Of a DNA stretch of 64,000 nt, positions 10,639-21,697 are shown piece after piece. The position numbers were made by a program, and so were the translations under genes. The DNA is taken from positions 558,001-622,000 of the forward strand of contig CAWJLW010000006.1 of assembly GCA_963843795.1 (NCBI GenBank), in the 5' to 3' direction. This DNA comes from an uncultured bacterium (GTDB taxonomy: Bacteria; Armatimonadota; Abditibacteriia; Abditibacteriales; Abditibacteriaceae). The notes under the pieces are model-generated. The model saw only the letters and a list, made by a program, of their open reading frames with translations. It ran no database searches and was not told the origin of the DNA. How positions within the stretch are numbered: the first letter of the stretch is position 1; each line of letters begins with the position of its first letter.

Positions 10639-12291
10639 ATGTCCACATTATTCGCACTTGATGCCCGTTGGCCAATTGAAGATTACGATTTTTTGATAGT
10701 TGGTTCGGGCGTCGCCGGTTTATCGTGCGCCATCGAACTCGCGCCGCACGGTCGTGTGGCGGTTCTCACCAAAGAAGGCATCAGCGAAGGCTCGACGCAG
10801 TGGGCGCAGGGCGGAATTGCCGCCGTTCTCGCGCCCGAACCCTTGGATTCCAGCGCGCTGCATGAACAAGACACCATGAGCGCGGGCGCGGGTTTATGCG
10901 ATTTGAGCGCGGTCGAAGTTTTGGTGCAGGAAGGCCCGCAGCGCATTCGCGAACTGATTGCGCGCGGCGCACATTTCGATACCGAAACCGATGGCCAACT
11001 CAAGCTCACGCGCGAAGCCGCGCATCGCGCGCGCCGCATCGTGCATTCGTTTGGCGATTCCACAGGACGCGAAGTGCAACGCAGCCTCACGCACAGCGCG
11101 CTGACTTCGGCGGGCATTTCCGTCATTGAAAACACGCTCACTGTCGACGTTTTGTTATCCGAAAACGAGGGTGCAAGTACTTGCTGCGGCGTTTTAACTT
11201 TGGATTTAACCACTAATCAATGGAAAATTTATCGCGGCGCGGCCACAATTCTCGCGACCGGAGGTTTGGGCGCATTGTATAAAGTGACGACGAATCCGCC
11301 AGTTCTCACAGGCGACGGCCTTGCGATGGCGTTTCGTGCGGGCGCGGAATTGATGGACATGGAATTTGTGCAGTTCCACCCGACGAGCTTTGCCAAAGGC
11401 CCGGACAATCCGAAATTCTTGATTTCCGAAGCCGTGCGCGGCGAAGGCGCGCTTTTGCTGAATTCCAAGGGCGAGCGTTTCATGCCCAAATATCATGAAA
11501 GCGCCGAACTCGCGCCGCGCGACGTAGTGAGCCGCGCCATTGCGCAGGAAATTCTCAGCAGCGATTGCGATTACGTGACGCTTGATTTGACTGCCAACAG
11601 CGCGGCAGAAATCGCCGCGCGCTTTCCGAAAATCTACGCGACTTGCGTTTCTTATGGCATCGACCCCGCGACCGAACCGATTCCGGTTTCGCCCGCCGAA
11701 CATTATATGATGGGCGGCATTCGCACCGATTTGGACGGCGCAACCAACGTGCGCGGCTTGCTCGCGTGCGGCGAAGCGGCTTGCACCGGCGTTCACGGCG
11801 CGAACCGCTTGGCGTCGAATTCGATGTTGGAAGGTTTGGTTTTCGGAATTCGCACTGTGCGCGCGGCGATGGCATTGAAAAAATCTGCTGAAAGTTCATC
11901 GTCGAAAAATGTGTTGGCGATGAACGGCGCGCGAAAAAGTGCGCCGAGCTTTTCGATAGAAGAACTGGGCGCGGCGCGCAATCGTTTGCAGGAAACGATG
12001 TGGAAGCACGCCGGTTTGGTGCGTTCAGGCGAAGGTTTGACGAGTGCACTGGGGATAATCAACGAGTTGTATGAAAAATTTGGTCAGCCCACCGCGCAGC
12101 GCGAAGCGATTGAACTGGCGAACATGATCGAAACTGCGTGGCTGGTCGTGCGCGCAGCCTTAGAGCGCGAGGAAAGTCGCGGCGCGCATTTTCGCCTCGA
12201 TTTTCCCGCGCCAAACGAAGATTGGCGTTTTCACTTGGTATTGCACGGCGACCGTGAAGATTTGCACATCGAACATATTCCAACGCAATAA
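10639..12291 (+). CDS. nadB: L-aspartate oxidase
   Basis: GSGVAG FAD motif, STQWAQGGIAAV, EFVQFHPT, LISEAVRGEG, ELAPRDVVSRAI, GVHGANRLASNS, ESRGAHFR. Confidence 0.95.
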   Translation: MSTLFALDARWPIEDYDFLIVGSGVAGLSCAIELAPHGRVAVLTKEGISEGSTQWAQGGIAAVLAPEPLDSSALHEQDTMSAGAGLCDLSAVEVLVQEGPQRIRELIARGAHFDTETDGQLKLTREAAHRARRIVHSFGDSTGREVQRSLTHSALTSAGISVIENTLTVDVLLSENEGASTCCGVLTLDLTTNQWKIYRGAATILATGGLGALYKVTTNPPVLTGDGLAMAFRAGAELMDMEFVQFHPTSFAKGPDNPKFLISEAVRGEGALLLNSKGERFMPKYHESAELAPRDVVSRAIAQEILSSDCDYVTLDLTANSAAEIAARFPKIYATCVSYGIDPATEPIPVSPAEHYMMGGIRTDLDGATNVRGLLACGEAACTGVHGANRLASNSMLEGLVFGIRTVRAAMALKKSAESSSSKNVLAMNGARKSAPSFSIEELGAARNRLQETMWKHAGLVRSGEGLTSALGIINELYEKFGQPTAQREAIELANMIETAWLVVRAALEREESRGAHFRLDFPAPNEDWRFHLVLHGDREDLHIEHIPTQ

Positions 12292-12340
12292 AGTGCGCTG
12301 CAAGTACTTGCACTGCGCAAGTTACTAACTTTGCCGAGAA

Positions 12341-12442
12341 TGTAGAGTGCGGGTCTCTGACCCGCCCTATATTTGTCAATCGGCGTTTTTACATCTCCGC
12401 GCGAACGTTGCAAAAGGGCGGGTCAGAGACCCGCACCCTACA
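12341..12442. repeat. Inverted pair of GTAG-type REP elements (REPIN/BIME-like)
   Basis: TGTAGAGTGCGGGTCTCTGACCCGCCCT (12341-12368) and its reverse complement with one mismatch (12415-12442); each unit has GTAG followed by a GCGGGTC-TCT-GACCCGC hairpin. Confidence 0.8.
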
Positions 12443-12538
12443 AAAAGCTCTCACGTTGCGAAGTTCGTTCACCAAAAAGCGCGCTGCAGAGTACTTGCAG
12501 TCGTGTTAGCAAGATGGCAAAAGGGAAAACCGACTTTC

Positions 12539-14233
12539 ATGATTACCAGACGGCAAATGCTCAAAACCGCAGGTCAAACCTGTTTTACCCTCAGCTGCGC
12601 TCCGCTAGCTACAACCTTAGTTAGTCCTGGCTTCGCTGCTGAGAAAAAATCTCAGGACGGCGCGCTGCGCTGCATCAATGTGGTCAATTTCATTCGCGCC
12701 ATCGAGCCGCGCTTCGAGATGGATATGCTGCTTCCCGTGCAAGAGCAGATGAAGCTGATTTTGAAACACAAGATGCCCGCGACTTGGCTGCTGCAATTCG
12801 ATGCTCTGGTTTCCGGCCCTTTCGTGGAATTTCTCAAAAGCCACATCGCGCCCGACCACGAAATCGGTTTTTGGTTCGAGATGAACGAAATGCACTGCAA
12901 GGCGGCGGACGTCGCATGGCGCGGCAGGCCCGGCTTCGAATGGGATCATCATCCGCCGGTCGCGTTCACCATCGGCTACACCGAAGCCGAACGCATTAAG
13001 TTAGCCGATACTGCCATGCGGCGCTTTAAAGAAATCTGGGGTTATTATCCGCGTTCAATCGCCAGTTGGAACCTGGATTCTTTCACCATGCGCCATTTGA
13101 CCGAGCATTACGGTATCGACGCGTATGCCGTGTGTCGCGACCAAATCGCTACCGACGGTTTCACGATTTGGGGCGCGCCCATCGCTGGCTATTATCCGAG
13201 CAAATTGAACTGTTGGAGTCCGGCATTGGAGCGACGTAATCAAATCGATACGCCGGTTTTTCGGATGCTCGGCCAAGACCCGGTTTACTATTACGCCAAA
13301 AATTGGACGCTGCCCGATGGCAAGCAGTTAGGCGAACCGGACACGATGGAGCCGGTGTGGACTTCGGGCCGCTCGCCGCTTTTCGTGGAAACGTTTCTGG
13401 ATATGATTTCCGATGCGCCCACATTGCGCTTCGCTTATGCGCAGATGGGACAAGAAAACACTTTTCCTTGGCCCCAGCAAGCCGAGGCTTACCCGATGCA
13501 AATGCAAGCGTTGGCCGAACTGCGCGCGACTGGCAAAGTTCACGTCGAAACGATGGGCGATTCCGGTCGGCGTTTCAAAAAAGCTTTCACCCTAACGCCC
13601 GCTCAAGCGCAAGTGCAACTGCACGATCCGTTTGCTAATACGGCGCCTGCACAGCAATCGGTCTGGTATCAGAGCCGCTTTTATCGCGCCAACTTGCATC
13701 TTCAAGGCGATTTGCCAAGGCTGCGCGATGTGACGATTTACAGCGATCTTAATCCGCAACCGTTTTTGACGCAGGCCACGCGCCAGGAAAACGTTGAACA
13801 ACGAATGCCAGCGGTTTTGGACGGCTATCATTGGAGCAAAAATTCTGCACCCGAAGGCGAAACCGGCGCTTTTTTCAGCGTGGCCGGAACGCGATTGCTT
13901 TTTAATGGGCCGCCGCGCATCAGCGAAAAAGGTTCTTCTCTGCGGGCCGAATTTTCGGTAGGGCAGGGAAGAACCTTGAACGTACTTTTTGAGGAACAAA
14001 AAATTTCCTGTTCCCTCAGTCCGAAAACCAGCGAGCCATTGGTGCTTTCGTTCGAATGGGATGCCAGCAAAGCCGCTTTGAGCGCGGTCAAGCCGCAGCG
14101 CGTTTCTTATCAACAGCAGGGTTTCGATTATGGCGTAGAGATTGAAAATGGGCGCGCTTCTGCCACGCCCGATGGCTGGACGGTGACGGGAAATAAACGC
14201 GGTATCACGTTGAAAGTGGCGCAGCCCAAATAA
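12539..14233 (+). CDS. Tat-exported uncharacterised protein, possibly a carbohydrate-active (deacetylase/GH-like barrel) enzyme
   Basis: Start MITRRQMLK (twin-arginine) followed by a hydrophobic region and AxA-like site; ATWLLQFDAL, HEIGFWFE, GQEN motifs; function is a guess. Confidence 0.6.
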   Translation: MITRRQMLKTAGQTCFTLSCAPLATTLVSPGFAAEKKSQDGALRCINVVNFIRAIEPRFEMDMLLPVQEQMKLILKHKMPATWLLQFDALVSGPFVEFLKSHIAPDHEIGFWFEMNEMHCKAADVAWRGRPGFEWDHHPPVAFTIGYTEAERIKLADTAMRRFKEIWGYYPRSIASWNLDSFTMRHLTEHYGIDAYAVCRDQIATDGFTIWGAPIAGYYPSKLNCWSPALERRNQIDTPVFRMLGQDPVYYYAKNWTLPDGKQLGEPDTMEPVWTSGRSPLFVETFLDMISDAPTLRFAYAQMGQENTFPWPQQAEAYPMQMQALAELRATGKVHVETMGDSGRRFKKAFTLTPAQAQVQLHDPFANTAPAQQSVWYQSRFYRANLHLQGDLPRLRDVTIYSDLNPQPFLTQATRQENVEQRMPAVLDGYHWSKNSAPEGETGAFFSVAGTRLLFNGPPRISEKGSSLRAEFSVGQGRTLNVLFEEQKISCSLSPKTSEPLVLSFEWDASKAALSAVKPQRVSYQQQGFDYGVEIENGRASATPDGWTVTGNKRGITLKVAQPK

Positions 14234-14281
14234 GGCGTGCGTCAGAGTGATAAAGCGATTAAGAATTGTAGAAAGTGATAA

Positions 14282-15637
<1,356 letters not shown>

Positions 15638-15709
15638 ACCATTTATGGCAAAATAAAGCTGCAGGTACTTGCGGACATTTCGCAAGTACTTGCAGCAACT
15701 TTTCAGCAG

Positions 15710-16432
15710 ATGGAAAGGGTCATTATGAAGCATTCATCACACTCCGGCCCGACGCGGACACCGAAAAACGAATCGTTGCGCAGCGAATCGTTGCGCAGCG
15801 AGCGTGTGCGTTACGAATCGTCGATGCGGCATGATCCGCATTACCGCGAAGCGCACATTGAGCGCGAACATATTGATCGTGAGGATGCGGTTCGTGCCAA
15901 GAAGCCGAGCAGGGGCACGCAGCGTTTGCAATCAACGCGCGCGCGTCATGCAAAGCAGCGCGTGCGCGCCAAAGTTTTGGCTTATGTTATTCCAACGCTG
16001 TTGTTTTCGTTGTTTCTGATGGCCATGACGAGCGTTGTCGCGGGCGACTGGCGGCGTTTCAACGGTGAAGTCGGGCGCAACGAGGCGCAATTGAAAGTGC
16101 TTGAAGCCCAACTTGAAACCGGTCAACGGCGCTTGAGCGTCTTGGAATCCGACAAAGGCCGCGAACAATTGTTGATCGAAAACGGTTATCTTCGTCCCGG
16201 CGAGCGTATTTTGCTTTTCCCTCCCGATGAAATTGAAAAGCAGGAAATGCAACCCGCGCCCAACGATTTATCGCCGCGCCCGCGCGTCATCAGCAGCGGA
16301 AACAATGGTTCGCCCTGGCAGCGTGCCACGCGCACTATCAGCCAGTGGTTCAGTAATATGCGTAGTGCCGTCGCTCCCGCATCTGCGCCAGCATCTGCGA
16401 CCAAAAATTCGGCGAGTTCCAACGCTGGTTGA
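15710..16432 (+). CDS. FtsB/DivIC-like septum formation initiator
   Basis: One TM helix, then a coiled coil and ENGYLRPGE (DivIC-like G-x2-[KR]PGE); classic position downstream of eno; start uncertain. Confidence 0.65.
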   Translation: MERVIMKHSSHSGPTRTPKNESLRSESLRSERVRYESSMRHDPHYREAHIEREHIDREDAVRAKKPSRGTQRLQSTRARHAKQRVRAKVLAYVIPTLLFSLFLMAMTSVVAGDWRRFNGEVGRNEAQLKVLEAQLETGQRRLSVLESDKGREQLLIENGYLRPGERILLFPPDEIEKQEMQPAPNDLSPRPRVISSGNNGSPWQRATRTISQWFSNMRSAVAPASAPASATKNSASSNAG

Positions 16433-16473
16433 AAAATTCTAAAGAATTGCAAAAAGTCGTAAAACATGAAGTG

Positions 16474-16501
16474 GGCCGGTGCAAATGCACCGGCCTTTTT
16501 T
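16474..16501 (+). terminator. Intrinsic terminator after eno-ftsB
   Basis: GGCCGGTGCA-AA-TGCACCGGCC followed by T6. Confidence 0.85.
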
Positions 16502-16763
16502 GCGCGTCAATTTTCCTGTGCGATGCCGTGCAAGTACTTGCGGAACGCCAAATCTGCTTCTATAAAGTCATTTGGTGGTTTGTTACCGGCTTGTTATGTC
16601 GGATTTTCACTTATAAAACGAAACGCGACAAAAAATTAGGTGCTTCGCGTCTGGTGGGCCACTAGTTGACTTAGAATAGACAAGCGGATGAGGGTTCGAA
16701 GCCTTGTGAGCGCTGTTGCTGATGGCTGATAAAGCAGTTTTGCTGAAATAGTTTGGGGAAAGC

Positions 16764-19700
16764 ATGAGGAATAATTTATCGATTTTGGCGCACGCAGCGC
16801 TGTGCGCACTGCTGTTGTGCGCGTCGTTCCGGGCGGGACAGGTGCGCGCCGCGACCATTTATGCCATCACTAATCAAAACGTGCTGTTGCGCTTCGATAG
16901 CGCAACGCCGCAAACGCTGATTGGCAACACCAATGTTTCCGGTATCAGTAGCGGCGGAAACGCAGTGGGACTCGATTTTCGCCCGAGCAACGGAAAATTG
17001 TATCTGGTAACGCGCGACGGTAGCGGCGTGGGGCGCATCTACACCATTGATACCGCGACCAGCACGGCCACTTTTGTCTCGACAATTTCGGCGAATTTAC
17101 TTTCGGGCAGTTTCGGTTCTTACGGCGTCGACTTCGACCCAATCAATGATTGTTTACGCTTGGTCAACGATTCCAACCAGAATCTGCGCATTGATGTTGA
17201 TAGCGGCACAACCACAGTGGACACCGCGCTGAGTTTTGCGCCTGCTGATACCAATCAAAACACGATACCGCGCATTATTGCAGCGGCTTACGATGATAAC
17301 GGGCGCTTGTTTGATTATGCGTTCGATATCGATACGCTGGTGCGCCAGAATCCGCCGAATGATGGAATTTTGATGTCGATTGGCTCCACCGGAATTTTCG
17401 CGACCGGCCCGGTCAAGCTAGATATTGAGCGCAGCACGGCGCGGGCGCTGGCTTCTACCATCACAGCGGCCAACGGCTATTCTTTATACGATATCGATCT
17501 CGCAACGGGAGCGTTCGCCCGTATCGGCAACATTGGCGATGGCAACATGGTCATTCGCGGTCTGGCGATTACGCGAGCCCGTGTGCAATTTTCTGCCGCC
17601 AATTTCAGCGTCGATGAAAATGCGGGAAGCGCCATCATCAGCGTGATGCGTACCGATGCTAACAGCGCGCTCAGCGTAGATTACGCCACTAACGATGGCA
17701 CGGCCAAAGCCGGTAGCGAATATACCGCGACTTCGGGCACTCTAAATTTCGCCAGCGGGCAAAACAGCGCGACTTTCACGGTGCCGATTTCCGACAACGC
17801 GCTGGATGAGGACAACAAAACTTTTACTCTCACGCTCAGTAACCCGATTGGCGGCCCGAATTTGGGCACGCCCAGCATGGCAACTTTGACCATTATTGAT
17901 GACGATAGCGCCACTCTGACTTTGAGCATTGTTCCCACGACTTTTAGCGAAACTGCGGGCGTCGATGCCGCATCCGGAACCGTTTCGCGTAACACGCCGC
18001 TCGATGGACCGCTGACAGTGACCCTGCTCAGCAACAGCATCCGCGTTTCCGTTCCTGACAGCGTGATAATTCCCACCGGACAAAATTCGGTTGATTTTGC
18101 CTTGGGGGCGGTCGATAACGCCATCGTCGATGGCGCACAAAGTATCGCCATTACGGCCAGCAGTAGCGGTCTGGATTCGGCCACGACCAGCGTAACCATC
18201 ACCGATAACGATTTTAATCCGCCCCGCGCCGATAGCCAGAATGCCAGCACGAACGAAGACACGCCGCTGGGCATCACATTAAGCGGGCGCAGCGAACGTA
18301 TCGCGCCCGCGCAGCTGCATTATCGCGTGCTAACGCCGCCGCAGCAAGGCGTTTTAAATGGCAGAGCGCCCAACTTGGTTTACACGCCCAACCCGAATTT
18401 CAACGGCAACGATGTTTTCACTTTTGTGGTCAGCGATGGCGAAGATTCCGCTCCGGCTACAATTGCTCTGCAAGTACTTGCCATTAACGATGCGCCCCTC
18501 GCCGACAATCAACAGCTGAGCGCTGATAACGCTACGCCGCTACCGATTACTTTGGGTGCGAGCGATATCGATAACGATGCGCTGATTTTCGCCATCGCGA
18601 AAGCGCCCGACAACGGCACGCTTTCAGGCATCGCGCCGAACCTGATTTACACGGCCAACCCCGGTTTTCGTGGCACCGACAGCATCGCTTTCACCGTCAG
18701 CGATGGTAGCCTCACTTCTCAAAGCGCGGTGGTACAAATCGCAGTCGATGGTACTCTCGCCGTAGTCGCTAATGACGACGCGTTTAACTTGATTTTGGGC
18801 GCGTCCGGGCAAGCCCAGCAAAACGATGTCACGCTTCTCAGCAGTGGAGTTTTCCAGATTACGGCACCTGGCATTTTGCGCAATGATAGCTTTGCCACCG
18901 GCAGCGCGCTTGTCGTGAGCGCCCTGAACAATCCGGCCAATGGGCGCTTTCAAATGCGCAGTGATGGCACCTTGTTTTATCTGCCCAGCACCAATCGCAT
19001 CGGAGCCGATGAGTTTCGGTATTCGATTAGCGATGGCAAAACTACAGCAAACGCTGCGGTGCGTTTGAATATCATCGACCAGCGCTCACCTGAACTGCGT
19101 TTCGATAGCCCCTTCGATCGCGCGACGGTCGCCACGATTCGCGAACTTCGGGGACGCGTGCGCGACCGCAACGCGGGCGTGCAAAGCATGACACTGCTGT
19201 GGCGTCGCTTCGATGGCGCATATTGGAATGGTTTGACTTGGACGACAACGCCAGTCGAACTTCCTCTTCGCGTGGAGGGCATCGACTGGAAGTACATCGG
19301 TGCCGTGCCGGTTGCGGGCACCGATCGCACCAGAAATTTGCTCGATGGCCGCTACGATTTGCGCGTGTCCGCGACCGACCAAAGCGGCAATCTCAGTCGT
19401 GTTATCAATCGCATTACCGTCGATAATTTCGCGCCGCAACTGCAAATCGTGCAGCCGGTGGCGTCGAATAACGAAACCGCCGACCTTAACAATCCCACGC
19501 CTCTGTTGGGCTTCGATGAAATTTCCGGTCGCGCCCGCGACGCCAACGGCGTAGCGCGCATCGAGCTGGAACTGTGTCGGGCCAGCGATGGCGCGTATTG
19601 GAACGGGAATGCCTTCACCAGCGCGCCCGCGCGTTTTCGGGCGCAACTCGCGCCCAACGGCGATTGGAAAGCCAACACCAAAACGCCGGTCAAAATTCCC

Positions 19701-19823
19701 ACGCTCGAACAATTGAAACTCGGCACTTATCTCATCCGCGCATTTGCTTATGACCGTTTGGGCAACCAATCCCAAGCCCAAATCGCGGTTCAACTCGTGC
19801 AAACCGCACAAACCGACGTATAA
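16764..19823 (+). CDS. Large secreted/surface protein: DUF4394-like N-terminal domain, Calx-beta, tandem Ig-like (Big_9/cadherin-like) domains, two YWNG-containing Ig-like repeats
   Basis: Signal peptide; GLDFRPSNGKLY and GVDFDP..LRLV (DUF4394); FSVDENAGSA..VDYATNDGTA..GTLNFASG (Calx-beta); TNEDTP..YTPNPNFNGNDVFTF. Confidence 0.8.
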   Translation: MRNNLSILAHAALCALLLCASFRAGQVRAATIYAITNQNVLLRFDSATPQTLIGNTNVSGISSGGNAVGLDFRPSNGKLYLVTRDGSGVGRIYTIDTATSTATFVSTISANLLSGSFGSYGVDFDPINDCLRLVNDSNQNLRIDVDSGTTTVDTALSFAPADTNQNTIPRIIAAAYDDNGRLFDYAFDIDTLVRQNPPNDGILMSIGSTGIFATGPVKLDIERSTARALASTITAANGYSLYDIDLATGAFARIGNIGDGNMVIRGLAITRARVQFSAANFSVDENAGSAIISVMRTDANSALSVDYATNDGTAKAGSEYTATSGTLNFASGQNSATFTVPISDNALDEDNKTFTLTLSNPIGGPNLGTPSMATLTIIDDDSATLTLSIVPTTFSETAGVDAASGTVSRNTPLDGPLTVTLLSNSIRVSVPDSVIIPTGQNSVDFALGAVDNAIVDGAQSIAITASSSGLDSATTSVTITDNDFNPPRADSQNASTNEDTPLGITLSGRSERIAPAQLHYRVLTPPQQGVLNGRAPNLVYTPNPNFNGNDVFTFVVSDGEDSAPATIALQVLAINDAPLADNQQLSADNATPLPITLGASDIDNDALIFAIAKAPDNGTLSGIAPNLIYTANPGFRGTDSIAFTVSDGSLTSQSAVVQIAVDGTLAVVANDDAFNLILGASGQAQQNDVTLLSSGVFQITAPGILRNDSFATGSALVVSALNNPANGRFQMRSDGTLFYLPSTNRIGADEFRYSISDGKTTANAAVRLNIIDQRSPELRFDSPFDRATVATIRELRGRVRDRNAGVQSMTLLWRRFDGAYWNGLTWTTTPVELPLRVEGIDWKYIGAVPVAGTDRTRNLLDGRYDLRVSATDQSGNLSRVINRITVDNFAPQLQIVQPVASNNETADLNNPTPLLGFDEISGRARDANGVARIELELCRASDGAYWNGNAFTSAPARFRAQLAPNGDWKANTKTPVKIPTLEQLKLGTYLIRAFAYDRLGNQSQAQIAVQLVQTAQTDV

Positions 19824-19860
19824 AAAGTCTGCAAGTACTTGCAGATAATCAGCGTAGCGA

Positions 19861-21396
19861 TTGAGACTGTTAGCAATGCTTCCTGTCACGACAACCATTT
19901 CGCACCGCGCGCGTCGCTTTTGTCTTATCGCTTCGGCTTTGTTGTGGTGGAGCGCGCTGGCGTGGGGGATTTTTCCGTTTGCGTGGTTCGCGCTTGCGCC
20001 ACTTTTGTGGGCCACGCGCGATTTGACGCCGCGCAGTGCGGCGACGTATGGCTGGAAATGCGGCGTTTTGGCCTTCTGGCTCATCAACTGGTGGATTGTG
20101 GCGACGATTACGCGGGGCGCACCGCTCATCGGACAATCGCCGGTTGTCGGCGTTTTACTGGCGATTGTCGCGGTTTCAATCATTGCGATGATTCATGCGC
20201 TGCAAGTACTTGCAGCGCTCTGGACGTGGCGGCGCATCGAGCTGAAATGGCTGTCAGCTCTGGCGTTTGCTGTTGTGTGGACGATTGGCGAATGGGTGCG
20301 CACGCAAACTTCGATGGCGCATTCGTGGGGCGCGTTGGCGTTTTCGCAGTGGCGTGATTTGGCGCTTTTGCAAATCGTTTCGCCGTTTGGTCAACACGCG
20401 TTAAGCGCGCTGTGCGCGTGGTGCAGCGCGATGTGGGCATTGGCTTTCTGGCAAGAAAAAGCTCGTCGCAAGTACTTGCAGCTGGCGTGGCCCATTTGTG
20501 TTTTGCTGCTGTGCCACTTATGGGGCGCGTGGCGTTTATCAACTGCGGCAAGTACGCGTACGCTGCCGGTTTTGGTAGTGCAAACCGATGTTTCGGGATT
20601 GGACAAAGCGACCGGGCAGGAGTCGAGCGCGGCTCAGGCGATGCGCCTGACAACTATGGCGTTGGATGAATTGAAAGCTGCGCCGAATTTGCCCATGCCG
20701 CAATTAATGATGTGGCCCGAAGGCACAATTAATGTGCGCAAAAGTGGCGCGGGCCTGAGCGGAACCGATGCGCTGCGTCTCGGAAGTTTGGTGCGCCAAA
20801 GCGGTGTGCCCTTATTAACGGGCGCGGGCGTGCGTCAAAACGTCGATGGTCGAGATTTATTTCGCAACGATGCGCTTTTAATGGATAGCGACGAACGTTT
20901 CGCGCGGCGCGGCAAAACTCGACCTGTGCCGTTTGGCGAGCGCGCGCTGTTCGGCGATTATCTACCGTTTTTAAATGCGCTGGCGCCTGACCCTCAGGTC
21001 GAAATCGCGCCCTATGAAGGGCCGCTGCGTTTGCGGACGCCCGTTGGCGCGTTGCAAATCGGCAGCGCTATCTGTTTTGAAAGCGCGTTTCCTGAGCCCT
21101 CGCTGAGCAACACGCGAAGCCATTCGCAACGCGGGGATTTGCTGGCGATTTTAACCAATGATAAATGGTTTCAAAGTACCGAAGCACCGCGCGAGCACGC
21201 GGCGATGGCGATTGTGCGCGCGGTCGAAAACGGTGTGGCAGTCGTGCAAGCGGCCAACGGCGGCCAGTCTTTGGCGGTGGATCGTTACGGGCGACCCGCG
21301 CCAGTACTGTGGAAAAGTGGCGTGGCTTTCGATGGCAACGATTGGATGAAATTTAGTCAAAAAGGTGTGGCTCTGTTCGCTGTTCCGTTGCCGTGA
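19861..21396 (+). CDS. lnt: Apolipoprotein N-acyltransferase
   Basis: N-terminal TM bundle, EWVR, nitrilase triad WPE / GKTRPVPFGE / ICFES, TNDKWF, RAVENG, ANGGQS. Confidence 0.9.
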   Translation: MRLLAMLPVTTTISHRARRFCLIASALLWWSALAWGIFPFAWFALAPLLWATRDLTPRSAATYGWKCGVLAFWLINWWIVATITRGAPLIGQSPVVGVLLAIVAVSIIAMIHALQVLAALWTWRRIELKWLSALAFAVVWTIGEWVRTQTSMAHSWGALAFSQWRDLALLQIVSPFGQHALSALCAWCSAMWALAFWQEKARRKYLQLAWPICVLLLCHLWGAWRLSTAASTRTLPVLVVQTDVSGLDKATGQESSAAQAMRLTTMALDELKAAPNLPMPQLMMWPEGTINVRKSGAGLSGTDALRLGSLVRQSGVPLLTGAGVRQNVDGRDLFRNDALLMDSDERFARRGKTRPVPFGERALFGDYLPFLNALAPDPQVEIAPYEGPLRLRTPVGALQIGSAICFESAFPEPSLSNTRSHSQRGDLLAILTNDKWFQSTEAPREHAAMAIVRAVENGVAVVQAANGGQSLAVDRYGRPAPVLWKSGVAFDGNDWMKFSQKGVALFAVPLP

Positions 21397-21697
21397 ACGC
21401 GTTATCTTTGAGCTTGATGAGGGCGCGGGAAAAATTGCGCTGCACTTTGTGTGGGCGCGTGATTATACTACGGCAACGTTTCGCGGCGACAGAGTGTGCA
21501 ATCGGGTATAATTCGGCTATGAAATCAGTCCTGAAAACGGCTGCGAAAAGGGCACCGCGTGCGAGCTGATACGTTGTTTGATTCTACAATATTGCCGGTG
21601 CCATTCTACGCAGAAACACAAGGAATTTCACACGGCACGGCAAGTCGCAGCGTGTAAAGCGCGGTGCAAGTACTTGCGGGCGCGAGGAGCATAACAA

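Noticed and set aside
15770..15799. 15-bp tandem duplication (ESLRS-ESLRS) in the ftsB-like gene
   Set aside because: In-frame micro-duplication in a disordered N-terminus; no evidence of function.
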